This document shows positions 28,678-40,664 of a stretch of 64,000 nt of DNA, piece after piece. A program made the position numbers and the translations under genes. Source of the DNA: an uncultured Acidobacteriaceae bacterium (GTDB taxonomy: Bacteria > Acidobacteriota > Terriglobia > Terriglobales > Acidobacteriaceae); the NCBI GenBank assembly GCA_963803795.1, contig CAWDNT010000008.1, positions 972,555-1,036,554 on the forward strand, given 5' to 3'. The notes beneath the pieces are model-generated. The model saw only the letters and a list, made by a program, of their open reading frames with translations. It searched no databases and was not told where the DNA came from. Within the stretch, counting starts at the first letter, position 1. The number at the start of each line of letters is the position of its first letter.

Positions 28678-31536
28678 TTAAGCAATTACTTCTGCGGCAA
28701 TCCGTTCGGTCGCAAACGCTTCGATCACATCTCCAACCTTGATGTCGCCGTAGTTGGAGATCGAGATGCCGCACTCCATGCCGTTTGTAACCTGGCTGGC
28801 ATCGTCCTTGAAGCGCCGCAGCGATCCCACCTTGCCTTTGAACACCTGGACATTGTCGCGCAGCAGCCGGACTTCAGAATCGCGCTTGATCAGGCCATCG
28901 CTTACGCGACAACCAGCCACAGTCCCAACTTTCGGGATGCGGAAAACGTTCAGCACCTCGGCACGGCCTTGGTAGGTTTCCTTGATCGTAGGTTCTAGCA
29001 AGCCGCTCATGGCGCGCTTGATCTCATCCTGCAGTTCGTAAATGATCGAGTGTAGCCGGATGTCGACTTTCTCCTGCTCGGCAATCTCCTGCGCCTTGCG
29101 CTCCGGCCGCACGTTGAAGCCAATGATGATCGCATTCGACGCCGACGCCAGCAAAACGTCCGTCTCCGTAATCGCGCCCACGCCCGACCGCAGCAACTTC
29201 AACCGCACCTTCTCATTCGAGAGCTTGGTAAGCAGGTCGGTAATCACTTCCACCGATCCCTGCACGTCGCCCTTTAGGATCACGTTCAGTTCCTTGGTAC
29301 CCGCAGCTTTGATCTGCTCGGCTAGTCCTTCAAGCGATACGCGGGAACTCTTCGCCAGTGCCGCTTCGCGCGACTTCTGCTCGCGGTATTCCGAAATGCC
29401 GCGCGCCTTGTCGCGATCGGCCACCACCACAAACTGATCGCCAGCCTGCGGCAGCGCCTCCATGCCGATGATTTCCACTGGGGTCGAAGGCGGAGCCGTC
29501 TGCAACTGTGCGCCGCGATCGTCAAACATCGCGCGTACTTTCCCGTAGACGTTTCCCACCACAAAATTGTCGCCCGCGTTTAACGTTCCGTTCTGCACCA
29601 GCACCGTGGCCACGGGACCGCGCCCCCGATCGAGCTTCGCTTCCAGCACCACGCCGGTCGCGGCGCGCTCCGGCGTAGCCTTCAATTCGCCCAGGTCCGC
29701 AACCAGGCAAATCATTTCCATCAACAGATTCAGATTCGTTTTCTTCTTCGCTGAAACGTCCACAAACACTGTCTTGCCGCCCCACTCTTCCGGCACCAAT
29801 CCACGGTCGGCAAGCTGTTTCTTCACCCGGTCGGGCAAGGCGTCCGGCTTGTCGATCTTGTTCACGGCCACAATGATGGGAACCTCAGCGGCGTGCGCGT
29901 GATCAATGGCCTCAACCGTCTGTGGCATGACGCCGTCGTCGGCCGCCACCACGAGAACCACAATGTCGGTGGCCTTCGCCCCGCGCGACCGCATACGCGT
30001 GAAAGCTTCGTGACCGGGCGTGTCGAGGAACACAATCTCCCGCCCAAACGCCGGCGATTCCTTGTCGGTAATCCGCACCTTATAGGCGCCGATGTGCTGC
30101 GTGATGCCTCCCGCTTCGCCTTCGGCCACACTGGTCAGGCGGATGGAGTCGAGCAGCGTGGTTTTGCCATGGTCAACGTGGCCCATGATCGTAACCACCG
30201 GCGGACGTATCCCGGTTTCCGGCACCAGCTCTTCGCTGGCGGCGGCCGCATCAATCTCTTTCGCCGTCTGCTCTTCGAACGTGATCACGTTCGTGTCGGC
30301 GCCGAAGAAGCGCGCCATCTCGCTGGCCAGCTCCGCATCCAGCGTCTGGTTGATGGTGGCGAAGACACCCTTCGACAGCAGTCGCGAGATCAGATCTTTG
30401 GCGCGAATCTCCAGCTTCTCCGCCAGATCCTTCACGCTGATCCCTTCTGTAATCGTGATGCTGCGCGTGATCGGCATCGGCTCATTCGACACCACCATGC
30501 GTGGCGGCGGCGTGTAGCCCTTCATCGGGCCTTCCTTCACACCGCGCGGAACATAACGTTGCCCTGGCCGTCGCGACGGCCCGCCCGGACGGCTGCCAGG
30601 CCTCGTCGTCCCGGGAGGTGGAAGCGCCGGACCCACACCCAACGGACGCGCTCCGGCAGGCGACTGCCGCGTAGGATGCATCGGCCTGCGTTCGCCCGGA
30701 CGCAGGGGCGGACGCGGTGCGCCTGGAGGTCCGCCCGCCATCGGCGGACGTCGCTGAAAAATTGGCTGACCTGGCACCGGGCGTCCCGGAACAGGCCGCG
30801 AAGCGCCGCCGATCGGCACTCCCGGCTGCACGGGAGGCGGAGCCGGGCGTAATGGAGCCTTGTACACCGGCCGCGGCCCGGTCTGCGGAACGATCATGCG
30901 CGGTACTGGAGGCGCAGATGGAGGAGCAACCGGACGCGCCGCACTGGGAGCCGCTGGCGGAGCACTAGCCGAAACTCCCGCAACTGGAACAGGCAACGTT
31001 GGGGGTGGCGTCGCCGGGCGCACTGGCGCGCTGACGGATGACGATGAAGCCGGTGACGACACTGTCGGAGGCACAACAACGCGCACGGGAACAACAGGAG
31101 TCGCCGGTGGCGCAGCTACGGGCGCAGTTGGGGACGCCACTACCGGCTTCGCAGCCGGCGGCGCAACAACCGTTGGCCTCTCGGCCGGAGCATGCGCAGC
31201 GGGCGGTGCCATCGCACGCGGCGCTGCCGGCGCCACAGCTTCCTTGCGCTGCGTAATCGCCTTCAGCACATCCCCGGGACGGGAAATGTTGGAAAGATCA
31301 ATTTTTGTCTTGATTTCCTCTTCGCCGCGAAGCGCGCGCGAACTCGACTTGCTCGCCGTGGACGAACCTTCCGCCGAGGAACGGAGATATACGCGTACTT
31401 TCTCCGCTTCGTGCTCTTCCAGAGAACTGGAGTGCGTCTTTTTCTCCGTCACTCCGACCAGCGGAAGCGTGTCGAGAATGGCTTTGCTCTTCACTTCCAG
31501 CTCTCGGGCAAGATCGTTGATTCGAACCTTACTCAT
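28678..31536 (-). CDS. infB: translation initiation factor IF-2
   Basis: 952 aa. G-domain motifs [20 protein letters not shown] and NKID; Pro/Ala-rich N-terminal region; conserved C-terminal domains. Confidence 0.97.
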   Translation of the reverse strand: MSKVRINDLARELEVKSKAILDTLPLVGVTEKKTHSSSLEEHEAEKVRVYLRSSAEGSSTASKSSSRALRGEEEIKTKIDLSNISRPGDVLKAITQRKEAVAPAAPRAMAPPAAHAPAERPTVVAPPAAKPVVASPTAPVAAPPATPVVPVRVVVPPTVSSPASSSSVSAPVRPATPPPTLPVPVAGVSASAPPAAPSAARPVAPPSAPPVPRMIVPQTGPRPVYKAPLRPAPPPVQPGVPIGGASRPVPGRPVPGQPIFQRRPPMAGGPPGAPRPPLRPGERRPMHPTRQSPAGARPLGVGPALPPPGTTRPGSRPGGPSRRPGQRYVPRGVKEGPMKGYTPPPRMVVSNEPMPITRSITITEGISVKDLAEKLEIRAKDLISRLLSKGVFATINQTLDAELASEMARFFGADTNVITFEEQTAKEIDAAAASEELVPETGIRPPVVTIMGHVDHGKTTLLDSIRLTSVAEGEAGGITQHIGAYKVRITDKESPAFGREIVFLDTPGHEAFTRMRSRGAKATDIVVLVVAADDGVMPQTVEAIDHAHAAEVPIIVAVNKIDKPDALPDRVKKQLADRGLVPEEWGGKTVFVDVSAKKKTNLNLLMEMICLVADLGELKATPERAATGVVLEAKLDRGRGPVATVLVQNGTLNAGDNFVVGNVYGKVRAMFDDRGAQLQTAPPSTPVEIIGMEALPQAGDQFVVVADRDKARGISEYREQKSREAALAKSSRVSLEGLAEQIKAAGTKELNVILKGDVQGSVEVITDLLTKLSNEKVRLKLLRSGVGAITETDVLLASASNAIIIGFNVRPERKAQEIAEQEKVDIRLHSIIYELQDEIKRAMSGLLEPTIKETYQGRAEVLNVFRIPKVGTVAGCRVSDGLIKRDSEVRLLRDNVQVFKGKVGSLRRFKDDASQVTNGMECGISISNYGDIKVGDVIEAFATERIAAEVIA

Positions 31537-31636
31537 CCGGCCTTTCGTTTCTCCGCGCTGTAGTTAGGTCATCATCGACCTCACGGAGTCAGTTTCTTCG
31601 GTCCCACGCCGTCCAACTTATGCCAGCGCGCCATGA

Positions 31637-33187
31637 TTATTCTCTGGTTTCGGGAGTCGAGTCCGCTTCCGGTTCGGGCTGCTCCCCGGAAGGCTCCGCC
31701 TGCCCTTCGTTCTCGCCCGCAGCAAGCTTATCTGCTTCCACAGTGCCTTCTTCGGTCGACAGAACTTCCGCACTCGCCGCTATGTCGTCAGCGGACGCCG
31801 CGCCTTCCTCCGCCACAGGAACCTCCGCGGTAATATCTTCCGCGCCCGCCTCAGAAGGCTCTGCTGCTTCACCTTCCGTTGCCACTCCGCCTTCCACCAC
31901 CGCGCCCTGCTCCAGGCTGGCAAAGTAATTATTGACCGCAAGACTGATTTTTTCCACCGTCTTCGGCCCAATACCCTCGATCGCCTCAAGTTGTTCCGGC
32001 GTCATGTCAGCCAAAGCTTCCACCGTGCTTACTCCCGCGGCGTTCAGCTTCTCGACCAATCCTTCACCCAGGCCCGGTACGCTATCGAGTGGCGTAGCCG
32101 TCTGCGTGACCATCGCCGACATCTGCTGTTCCACTTCCTGCCGCTTCTCTTCCTCGCTCTTGATATCGATCTTCCAGCCCAGCAGCTTCGCCGCCAGCCG
32201 CACGTTCTGCCCCTTCTTGCCGATGGCAAGCGAAAGCTGGCTGTCGTCGACAACAACCTCCAGATGCTTTCCGCCGGAATCGACCACAGTCACCTTGCTG
32301 ACTTTCGCCGGCTGCAACGCCTTCTCGGCAAAAGTTACCGCGTCTTCGTGATACTCGATGATGTCAATCTTCTCTCCGTGCAGTTCGCGGATGATCGACT
32401 GCACCCGCATCCCCTTCATGCCCACGCAGGCGCCCACCGCATCCACGTCCTTGTCTTTCGACATGACGGCGATCTTCGTGCGCTCCCCAGCCTCGCGCGC
32501 AATAGCACGGATCACCACCGTACCGTCGTAAATCTCCGGAACCTCCGTCTGGAACAAATGCTGTACCAGGTCCGGCACGGCGCGCGACACGACCACGCCC
32601 GGTCCCTTCGAAGCTTTCTCCACCCGCGCAATCACCACCCGCACGCGCTCGCCGATGGCAAACGATTCCAACCGCGACTGCTCCTTGCGCGGCATGCGAG
32701 CTTCCGCCTTGCCAATGTCGAAGATCACATCCGGACCTTCCACCCGCTTCACGGTCGCATTCACCACTTCGCTCACACGTCCGATGTACTCGTTGTAAAC
32801 CGTATCGCGTTCCGCCTCGCGCACCTTCTGGAAAATCACCTGCTTCGCCAGTTGCGCAGCAATACGCCCGAGGATCCCTTCCGTAACCTTCGGCGTCCGC
32901 AACTCTCCGCCAACTTCCAGATTCGGATCCACCTTGCGTGCATCTTCCAGCGTGATCTGCAACAGAGGATCTTCAACCTGCTCCGGAGTCTCCACCACCG
33001 TCTTCACCGCAAAGGCATTGATCTTGCCGGTCTCTTTATCAAGCTCGGCGCGCAGATTTTCCTGCGTCTTGTAGTACTTGCGCGTGGCCATGACAATGGC
33101 GTCTTCCACCGCGCTAACCACAATCTGCGGATCAATCCCCTTCTCGCGGCTCAACGCGTCGATCGTGTTGTAAAGCTCACTAGCCAT
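31637..33187 (-). CDS. nusA: transcription termination/antitermination factor NusA
   Basis: S1 and KH domains (GERVRVVIARVEKASKGPGVVVSR, ACVGMKGMRVQSIIREL, AIGKKGQNVRLAAKLLGWKIDI) plus an acidic C-terminal tail. ATG 33187 (MASELYNTIDAL) is preferred. Confidence 0.95.
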   Translation of the reverse strand: MASELYNTIDALSREKGIDPQIVVSAVEDAIVMATRKYYKTQENLRAELDKETGKINAFAVKTVVETPEQVEDPLLQITLEDARKVDPNLEVGGELRTPKVTEGILGRIAAQLAKQVIFQKVREAERDTVYNEYIGRVSEVVNATVKRVEGPDVIFDIGKAEARMPRKEQSRLESFAIGERVRVVIARVEKASKGPGVVVSRAVPDLVQHLFQTEVPEIYDGTVVIRAIAREAGERTKIAVMSKDKDVDAVGACVGMKGMRVQSIIRELHGEKIDIIEYHEDAVTFAEKALQPAKVSKVTVVDSGGKHLEVVVDDSQLSLAIGKKGQNVRLAAKLLGWKIDIKSEEEKRQEVEQQMSAMVTQTATPLDSVPGLGEGLVEKLNAAGVSTVEALADMTPEQLEAIEGIGPKTVEKISLAVNNYFASLEQGAVVEGGVATEGEAAEPSEAGAEDITAEVPVAEEGAASADDIAASAEVLSTEEGTVEADKLAAGENEGQAEPSGEQPEPEADSTPETRE

Positions 33188-33202
33188 AGAAAAACCATTC
33201 AG

Positions 33203-33299
33203 CAATTGGGTGATTTTGTAATTTGGTAATCGGAAACCCGAAATCCAAGGCGCTCGGAAGTTTTGGTTTCAAATTGCCAAATTGCCAAATTACCCAATC
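33203..33299. repeat. AATTACCAAAT word inverted repeat
   Basis: caattgggtgattttgtaatttggtaatcgg ... caaattgccaaattgccaaattacccaatc, between rimP and nusA. Confidence 0.8.
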
Positions 33300-33302
33300 T
33301 CA

Positions 33303-33833
33303 CTAGATCTCCGGAACCAGATTCGCCTTCTCCACATTGGCGAATTCAATCCCGATCTTCTGTCCTTGCTCCACACCCGCCGCGCCCATCTTCCGGCGCG
33401 ACTTGTGACTCGCCACACTCAAGTCCAGCGTCAACCGTCCCTCGCGAAAGCTTTCCAGCCGCCCTTCGAAGTATCGGTTGTTGTTCACCGGATTCCTCGT
33501 CGTCAGCTTCACCCGGCTACCGATAAAACGCTCAAACTCAGCCGGCTTCGTCAGCTTCCGATCCAACCCTGGCGAAGAAACTTCCAGCGTATAGCTGCCA
33601 GAAATCGCATCCTCGACGTCGAGGATCGTTCCAAACTCGCAGCTGAAGTTGGCGCAGTCTCCGTGCGTAACTCCGGCGAGCACATCGCCGCTCGCCGCTC
33701 CGGGCTTGTCCAGAAACACGCGCAGCATGCGGGCTTTGCCGCTCCCGCGAAACTCCAAATCGACCACTTCCAGCCCGCTGGAGGCCGCTACCCGCTCCGC
33801 AATCTCTCGTACCCGATCAAGCTCAAGTGCCAT
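33303..33833 (-). CDS. rimP: ribosome maturation factor RimP
   Basis: 176 aa, SSGLEVVDLEFRGSGKARMLRVFLDKP...YTLEVSSPGLDRKLTKP. Confidence 0.9.
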   Translation of the reverse strand: MALELDRVREIAERVAASSGLEVVDLEFRGSGKARMLRVFLDKPGAASGDVLAGVTHGDCANFSCEFGTILDVEDAISGSYTLEVSSPGLDRKLTKPAEFERFIGSRVKLTTRNPVNNNRYFEGRLESFREGRLTLDLSVASHKSRRKMGAAGVEQGQKIGIEFANVEKANLVPEI

Positions 33834-33881
33834 GCATCCAATAACTTGCAGCCCAGCCCACGCAGCCGATCCCTCTGCAAC

Positions 33882-33903
33882 GAAAAAGTGGGCTTGCGCC
33901 CAC
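33882..33903 (-). terminator. putative rho-independent terminator
   Basis: Minus strand GTGGGC-gcaa-GCCCAC followed by TTTTTCG, downstream of the aminoacylase-like gene and upstream of rimP. Confidence 0.5.
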
Positions 33904-34068
33904 TGGTGTGCTTCGCCAAATACCGGTATTACACAACAGTTCTCAGTTCTCTAATATACGCCGGAAGGTGGATAAAAGACAAACCGCGCAGCGCCGGTGG
34001 AGCAGGCCTTCAGGCCTGCGTCAACAGCAGCCTGTTGAGTTCGGGCTTCAGCCCCTGACGATATCTCG

Positions 34069-35529
34069 TCAGCGGCCCGTGTTCGAGCCGTCTCTCCTCG
34101 GTCCCACCAGCCCACGCCCCGGAAACACATCCGGCACAATCTTGCCTTCGTCGACCACGAGCGTCCCTCCAACCACCAAATACCGCACCCCCACGCTCGG
34201 CTCCATAGGCTTCTCAAAGGTAGACCGGTCACTGATAGTCGCCGCGTCAAACACCACAATGTCAGCGTCGCAACCCTCCCGCAATCTGCCTTTCAGCCGT
34301 GCCGCCGGCGTCGACCGCTCCAGCATCTCCGCCGGCATCAAACTCATCTTCCGAATCGCATCCATCAGCGTGACGGTTCCCTTCTCGCGTACATATTGCT
34401 TCAGCACCCGCGAATAAGTCCCGGCATTGCGCGGATGCCCGTCCGATCCATCGCTGGCAATCATCACCAGAGGATGAGGAATCACTTGATCCACAATTTC
34501 CTGCGTATTGGCGAAAACCAGCACCTCCTGCGCAGCGTCGGATCTATGCAGCTCCTCGAAACGCTCTTTCGTAAGGTGCTCGCCAGTGTTCGGCATCACC
34601 AGGTCTCCATAATCGATTCCAAGCTTTTCCCGCCAGCCCGGATTAAACAACGCCGAGTTCACCTCCGTCATGCCCGCGATGTAGGGATATGCCTCGGTGG
34701 TCACATCCAACCCGCGGGCGCGTGCGCCTTCTATCATCGAAAGGCACTCCAGCGAATCGCGCAGGCAAGTGCTGTTGATGTGCACAATATGCAACGAGGC
34801 TCCGGTGATTGCCGCCGCCCCAATCACTTCGCTGACCGCCTCAATCGACGATCCCGGCTCGACCCGCCCGGCGCTACGCATGTGCGTGTAAACCGGCAAC
34901 CCGCGCTCGGCCGCCAGACGGAACATGTCAATCACTTCCAGCCGCGTCGCTCCCGGGACATACTGAATCCCCATACCAATCGCCAAGCCGCCCGCATCAA
35001 GCTCCGCGCGTAACCGCTGTCGTATGGCTTCGATTTGCTCCGGAGTGGCCGGCAGATCAGTCGCCGGTCCGCTCTTAGGTAGAATTGTCCCGGCAGGCAG
35101 CGGTGCCTCAAACACCGCAGCCCGAGCAGCTACATGGCTGGCCGACGTACCGTAATGAATCAGCGAGCGGCCTTCTTTAGATTTCAGGAACTGTGCAACG
35201 TCGGGTGCACCAATCTCCAACTCCAGCGCAGTAGTCACACCGTCCAGCGCTTTGACCCGTTGGCTTGCCATGTCTTGCCCATGCTGGTGCAGATCAATAA
35301 ACCCCGGCGCCACCACCAACCCGCCGGCATGAATCACTCGCCGTCCGCTCAAAGCCTCAGACGAGACGCGGCTAATCTTGCCGCCTCGAATTCCTACATT
35401 GCGCACCGCATCCAGCCCAGTCTCGGGATCAAGGACGCGTCCCCCCTCGATCACAAGATCGTACTGCTGCGCCGCCGCGACGGTGGTCAAGGCTCCCAGA
35501 AAACAGAGAAAGAAAATCAGTCTGCGCAT
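34069..35529 (-). CDS. amidohydrolase-superfamily enzyme, D-aminoacylase-like
   Basis: Signal peptide MRRLIFFLCFLGALTTVAAA, then DLVIEGGRVLDPETG...GFIDLHQHG and a C-terminal beta-sandwich (DADIVVFD...VRYLVVGGTLVV). ATG 35529 is preceded by GGAG. Confidence 0.8.
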   Translation of the reverse strand: MRRLIFFLCFLGALTTVAAAQQYDLVIEGGRVLDPETGLDAVRNVGIRGGKISRVSSEALSGRRVIHAGGLVVAPGFIDLHQHGQDMASQRVKALDGVTTALELEIGAPDVAQFLKSKEGRSLIHYGTSASHVAARAAVFEAPLPAGTILPKSGPATDLPATPEQIEAIRQRLRAELDAGGLAIGMGIQYVPGATRLEVIDMFRLAAERGLPVYTHMRSAGRVEPGSSIEAVSEVIGAAAITGASLHIVHINSTCLRDSLECLSMIEGARARGLDVTTEAYPYIAGMTEVNSALFNPGWREKLGIDYGDLVMPNTGEHLTKERFEELHRSDAAQEVLVFANTQEIVDQVIPHPLVMIASDGSDGHPRNAGTYSRVLKQYVREKGTVTLMDAIRKMSLMPAEMLERSTPAARLKGRLREGCDADIVVFDAATISDRSTFEKPMEPSVGVRYLVVGGTLVVDEGKIVPDVFPGRGLVGPRRDGSNTGR

Positions 35530-35723
35530 AATCGCTCCGTAGCGCCGCCGGGACGGCGGCTGTCCGGCGGGCGTCCTCGCCCGCTGCCCCGATGCCAAGA
35601 CGCGCGCGTCCCATTCCGCAACGAGCCACGCCCCGGGGATGTGAACCGAGCCGATGATATCAGGCCTCCACATTCCCTGCCTTTACTCCCATTTGCCTCA
35701 ACCCCGCGCTCTCTCTAGAATAA

Positions 35724-37268
<1,545 letters not shown>

Positions 37269-37277
37269 TCCATACTC

Positions 37278-37745
37278 TTGAGCCCCGATCGACATGAAGT
37301 TCTGAAAGCGTGGATCGCCGCCATTCTCTGGCTCATCGTCATTGCGATCGAATCCACCGCCATGCTCTCGGCCCACAACACCGGCCGGATTCTCTATCCC
37401 ATTCTGCATTTCCTCTTTGGCATCGACCGGATGCACTTCGGATACTGGCACTTCTACATTCGCAAGTCTGGTCACGTCTTCGGTTACGGCACCCTGAGCA
37501 TCCTCCTTTTCCGCGCCTGGCGCGCCACCCTGCCCACGCTGAACAATGTGAGCTGGACCTTCCGCTGGGCCAACATCTCCATCCTCGGCACCGCTCTCGT
37601 GGCCAGCCTCGACGAATGGCACCAAAGCTTCATCCCGTCCCGCACCGGCACCGTGCGGGATGTTGTCCTCGACACCTGCGCCGGGATAGCTGCGCAAGTG
37701 CTCGTATTGCTGTGGCTAAGAACTTTCGGGAAGGGCGAGGCCTAA
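37278..37745 (+). CDS. VanZ-family membrane protein
   Basis: 155 aa, four helices, with HVFGYGTLSILLFRA and DEWHQSFIPSRTGTVRDVVLD. TTG start. Confidence 0.7.
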   Translation: MSPDRHEVLKAWIAAILWLIVIAIESTAMLSAHNTGRILYPILHFLFGIDRMHFGYWHFYIRKSGHVFGYGTLSILLFRAWRATLPTLNNVSWTFRWANISILGTALVASLDEWHQSFIPSRTGTVRDVVLDTCAGIAAQVLVLLWLRTFGKGEA

Positions 37746-37799
37746 GCGGGTGGCACAGGCCTTCCAGGTCTGCGTCCAGGACCAGCACTGTATCGGGCT

Positions 37800-39020
37800 C
37801 TAGTCCCTGCGGGGACGCTCACTCCCGCGACCCGCCACCTGCAAAATCCCTGCCGCGACCACAGCCATCCCGGCCGAAAAGTAAAACGGAACCGCAGCCC
37901 CGTAATGCTTCCACAGCTCGCCGGTAAACAAGCTCGCAGCTAGAGTAGCCACGCTGGTCACAAAGAAATAAATTCCGAGAGCGCGCCCGCGAACCCGTTC
38001 GCCCACAGTCTCAACCACCAGAGCCTTCAGCACCGGCTGCGTGAGAGCATAGTAGAAGCCGTACACCGCCATCGCAATCCAGATGGCCAGCGTAGATGGC
38101 GCCCGTCCGAATGCAAAATAGACCCCAGCAAAAACCACATAGCCCACGGAACCCACAAGCCGCCGCGAAACATGGTCGCTGAACCATCCTGCCGGCCAGG
38201 ATGCAAGCGTGTAGGTAATGTTGAAGACCAGACCCAGCAGAGGCGCAAGCGCGACCGGGATCCCAACACTCTGCGCCCGCAGAACCAGGAACATGTCACT
38301 CGAGTTGCCCAGCGAAAACAGAGTGACGGCAACCAGCACGAAGTAGAAGGATGCAGGCAAAGCGACCCGCTCTCTTGAAGACGAGACCGAATCCGCCACG
38401 ACCTTCCCAAGTCCCGGGCCGGCGAGGGATGTAACTCCCCGGCGCTTTTCCCGAATCCCCACCAGCGCCACCAGCACGCACAACGCCCCAGGAACCGCAG
38501 CCGCCCAGAACACGTTCCGAATTCCAAAACGCGCAAGCAGAACCAACGCAGCCAGCGGCCCTGCGATCGCTCCGGCCGAATCCATCGACTGAATCAGCCC
38601 ATAAGCCGAGCCCAGTCGCTCCTTCGGCACAGTCTCGGCCACCATCACATCGCGCGGCGCTCCCCGCATGCCCTTGGCTAGCCGATCAGTGAACCGAATT
38701 AGCAGGATTTGTGGCCACGCGGTGACCACCGCCAGCAGCGGCTTCACCGCGTTTGCGACAAAGTATCCGGCAACCACGACCGGCTTTCGTCGATGGATGC
38801 GGTCGGTAAGATATCCAGAGAAAAGTTTGGCAAACGATGCCACGCTTTCGGCAACGCCTTCGATCAATCCCAGCTGCGCCGGCCCCGCACCCAGCGATGC
38901 CAGAAATGCCGGCAACACCCAGTACGCCATTTCGGAAGCGGTGTCGTTCAGAAACGAAGTGACGCCAAAAGCGTAGATGTTGCGCGCAGCGGAAGGCTCA
39001 CGCTCGGCGGGTGAAGACAT
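37800..39020 (-). CDS. MFS transporter
   Basis: 406 aa, about 12 TM helices, with an MFS loop motif (GYLTDRIHRRKPVV). Confidence 0.8.
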   Translation of the reverse strand: MSSPAEREPSAARNIYAFGVTSFLNDTASEMAYWVLPAFLASLGAGPAQLGLIEGVAESVASFAKLFSGYLTDRIHRRKPVVVAGYFVANAVKPLLAVVTAWPQILLIRFTDRLAKGMRGAPRDVMVAETVPKERLGSAYGLIQSMDSAGAIAGPLAALVLLARFGIRNVFWAAAVPGALCVLVALVGIREKRRGVTSLAGPGLGKVVADSVSSSRERVALPASFYFVLVAVTLFSLGNSSDMFLVLRAQSVGIPVALAPLLGLVFNITYTLASWPAGWFSDHVSRRLVGSVGYVVFAGVYFAFGRAPSTLAIWIAMAVYGFYYALTQPVLKALVVETVGERVRGRALGIYFFVTSVATLAASLFTGELWKHYGAAVPFYFSAGMAVVAAGILQVAGRGSERPRRD

Positions 39021-39073
39021 GAAGAAGTTTTACCACGCGGCGGGAAGTTGAAGCTGAAAACTGAAAACTGCCC

Positions 39074-39565
39074 TCAGTACATGGCGTCGTACTTGGTCAC
39101 AACCCACTGCCCATCCTTGTTCTCCTCGGTAACGGTGAACAGTTCCTTGTAGGTGTCGGGCTGGCTCGGGCTGGTAAGGCGTTTTCCGCGATAATGAAGA
39201 ATCGTCAAGGGCGGCGCGCTCTCCCACTCCGCCAACTCCCAGGAAAGCAGCGGATGTTGCGCCTCGGAATTGCAGATGAAGTGGGCATACTTCTTGCGGT
39301 AGTCGTGCTCCCACCCAGAAAGCACGTCGTCGCAGCGTCCGTCGCGCAGTTGCCGAAGAAAAAGGTTGGCGCTGTGCTCGATGGTACGGTCGCGCAAGGG
39401 GTTCATCCGAATGCTGACCGGCAGCCCAGTCAGAGGATCGTGATCCTCGGACCGCGCCAGCACCGGTCCTTGATTGCTCAGCCACCAGATGTAGCCAAGA
39501 AATCCAAACACCAGCAGCGCCGCGGCGCCGACAGCAATGCCGATCTGTGTACGAGTAAATCCCAT
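39074..39565 (-). CDS. hypothetical membrane-anchored protein
   Basis: An N-terminal helix (IGIAVGAAALLVFGFLGYIWWL) followed by a soluble domain. No family recognised. Confidence 0.5.
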   Translation of the reverse strand: MGFTRTQIGIAVGAAALLVFGFLGYIWWLSNQGPVLARSEDHDPLTGLPVSIRMNPLRDRTIEHSANLFLRQLRDGRCDDVLSGWEHDYRKKYAHFICNSEAQHPLLSWELAEWESAPPLTILHYRGKRLTSPSQPDTYKELFTVTEENKDGQWVVTKYDAMY

Positions 39566-39708
39566 CTGAGAGAAATTTTATACGGCTGGCAAATTACGGC
39601 AAGATTACCGCCGGAAGCCTCGGGAGTACATGTACCAGAGGATTCCGCGCTGCGGACCCTAAGCAAATCTCGACTGCACATGACAGCAGCGGTATACTTC
39701 GCGGCGCG

Positions 39709-40140
39709 ATGAAAACCGAAATTAGAGCGGTGGTGCTGGGACACCTGACGATCACCATGCCAGCCATCGTGATAACAGCAGCGACAGTCCGCTTCCTTCT
39801 TTACACCTATGGCCCGATGCAGATGGTTTACTTCATTCTCACGGGAGTGGCGCTTTCGTGGCAGTGGTACGTGATGGCACTTGCGCGATGGAAGGAATCC
39901 CTCACCAATCAGGGCTTTCAGGGCGACGAGATAGAGAAACTTGCGGCACCGAGGCGGGCTATATTGGCCCGGCGCGTCGAGCATCGGCGCGTTTGCACTC
40001 CATACGGCTGCAGCCGACTTGTGTGCGGTCAGGTTAGGTCCGTGGCTGGTGTATCACTGGTTCGGATGGGATGCTTCCCCTCTTCGGAATTTCGACTACC
40101 ATTCATGGAACTGACTACTACCTACAGCACCTGGAGATAA
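39709..40140 (+). CDS. hypothetical membrane protein
   Basis: ORF with two N-terminal helices. Its stop overlaps the next ATG (TAATG), which supports a coupled pair. The C-terminal half has odd composition. Confidence 0.35.
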   Translation: MKTEIRAVVLGHLTITMPAIVITAATVRFLLYTYGPMQMVYFILTGVALSWQWYVMALARWKESLTNQGFQGDEIEKLAAPRRAILARRVEHRRVCTPYGCSRLVCGQVRSVAGVSLVRMGCFPSSEFRLPFMELTTTYSTWR

Positions 40141-40577
40141 TGTCCACTGTGCCAGCTCTTATAGTCGGATATTTCGTTGCAAGACATTTTCCGCGCCTGG
40201 CCCTTACCGCTTGGATAGTACCCACGGCAATCCTCTCATATAAGCTATGGACTTTTGTCGATCCCCGCGCATCGGTGCTGGCAGCTCCCAATTCTTTGGC
40301 CCGTTTTTCGTACTACTTCGAAATTGTGCCGGTTATGCCGACCTTCCGCGACCTCTATAGCTCTGACCCGGCTCGCGTATTGCAGCAGATGCTGGTTGTG
40401 GCTCCCTTTTACTCAGGCGTCGCGTATAGTCTCGGCGCGTTTCTGTCCCGGCGGAGAGTCTTTGACCACTTCGTCGGAAGTTCACTTCCAGACAACGCCG
40501 AGTCAAGAGACACTCCAAGTGACTATCACACAGATGCCGTCACTTCGCCCACTCCTCCTTCGGAAAGCTCAACCTAA
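40140..40577 (+). CDS. hypothetical membrane protein
   Basis: ATG 40140 (MSTVPALIVGYFVARHF...) lies within ORF 40071..40577. Several hydrophobic segments. Confidence 0.4.
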   Translation: MSTVPALIVGYFVARHFPRLALTAWIVPTAILSYKLWTFVDPRASVLAAPNSLARFSYYFEIVPVMPTFRDLYSSDPARVLQQMLVVAPFYSGVAYSLGAFLSRRRVFDHFVGSSLPDNAESRDTPSDYHTDAVTSPTPPSESST

Positions 40578-40604
40578 CAAAAAAGGCACGGCGTGAGCCG
40601 TGCC
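40578..40604 (-). terminator. rho-independent terminator ending the ribosomal superoperon
   Basis: Minus strand GGCACGGC-tcac-GCCGTGCC followed by TTTTTTGT, 60 nt after the rplQ stop. Confidence 0.8.
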
Positions 40605-40664
40605 TCATGGGTTATCAACAGGGGTATTTGATCGCAGCGCTGGAAGCGCTTTGCCACCCCAAAG

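Noticed and set aside
30500-31300. Pro/Ala-rich low-complexity stretch of about 250 codons
   Set aside because: It is the normal variable N-terminal region of IF-2 in high-GC bacteria.
31527-31536. gattcgaacc, the reverse complement of a tRNA T-arm-like GGTTCGAATC
   Set aside because: It lies within the first codons of infB (MSKVRINDL). No acceptor or anticodon arms can be drawn around it.
26767-33833. rimP-nusA-infB-DUF503-rbfA followed by nrnA instead of truB
   Set aside because: An nrnA-type DHH phosphoesterase next to rbfA and infB is a known arrangement, for example in mycobacteria, so this is not novel.
39709-40577. Overlapping same-strand ORFs 39709..40140 and 40071..40577 as another frameshifted gene
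   Set aside because: An in-frame ATG at 40140 overlaps the first ORF's TAA (TAATG), so a coupled two-gene reading explains the overlap without invoking an indel. Residual doubt is recorded in the findings.
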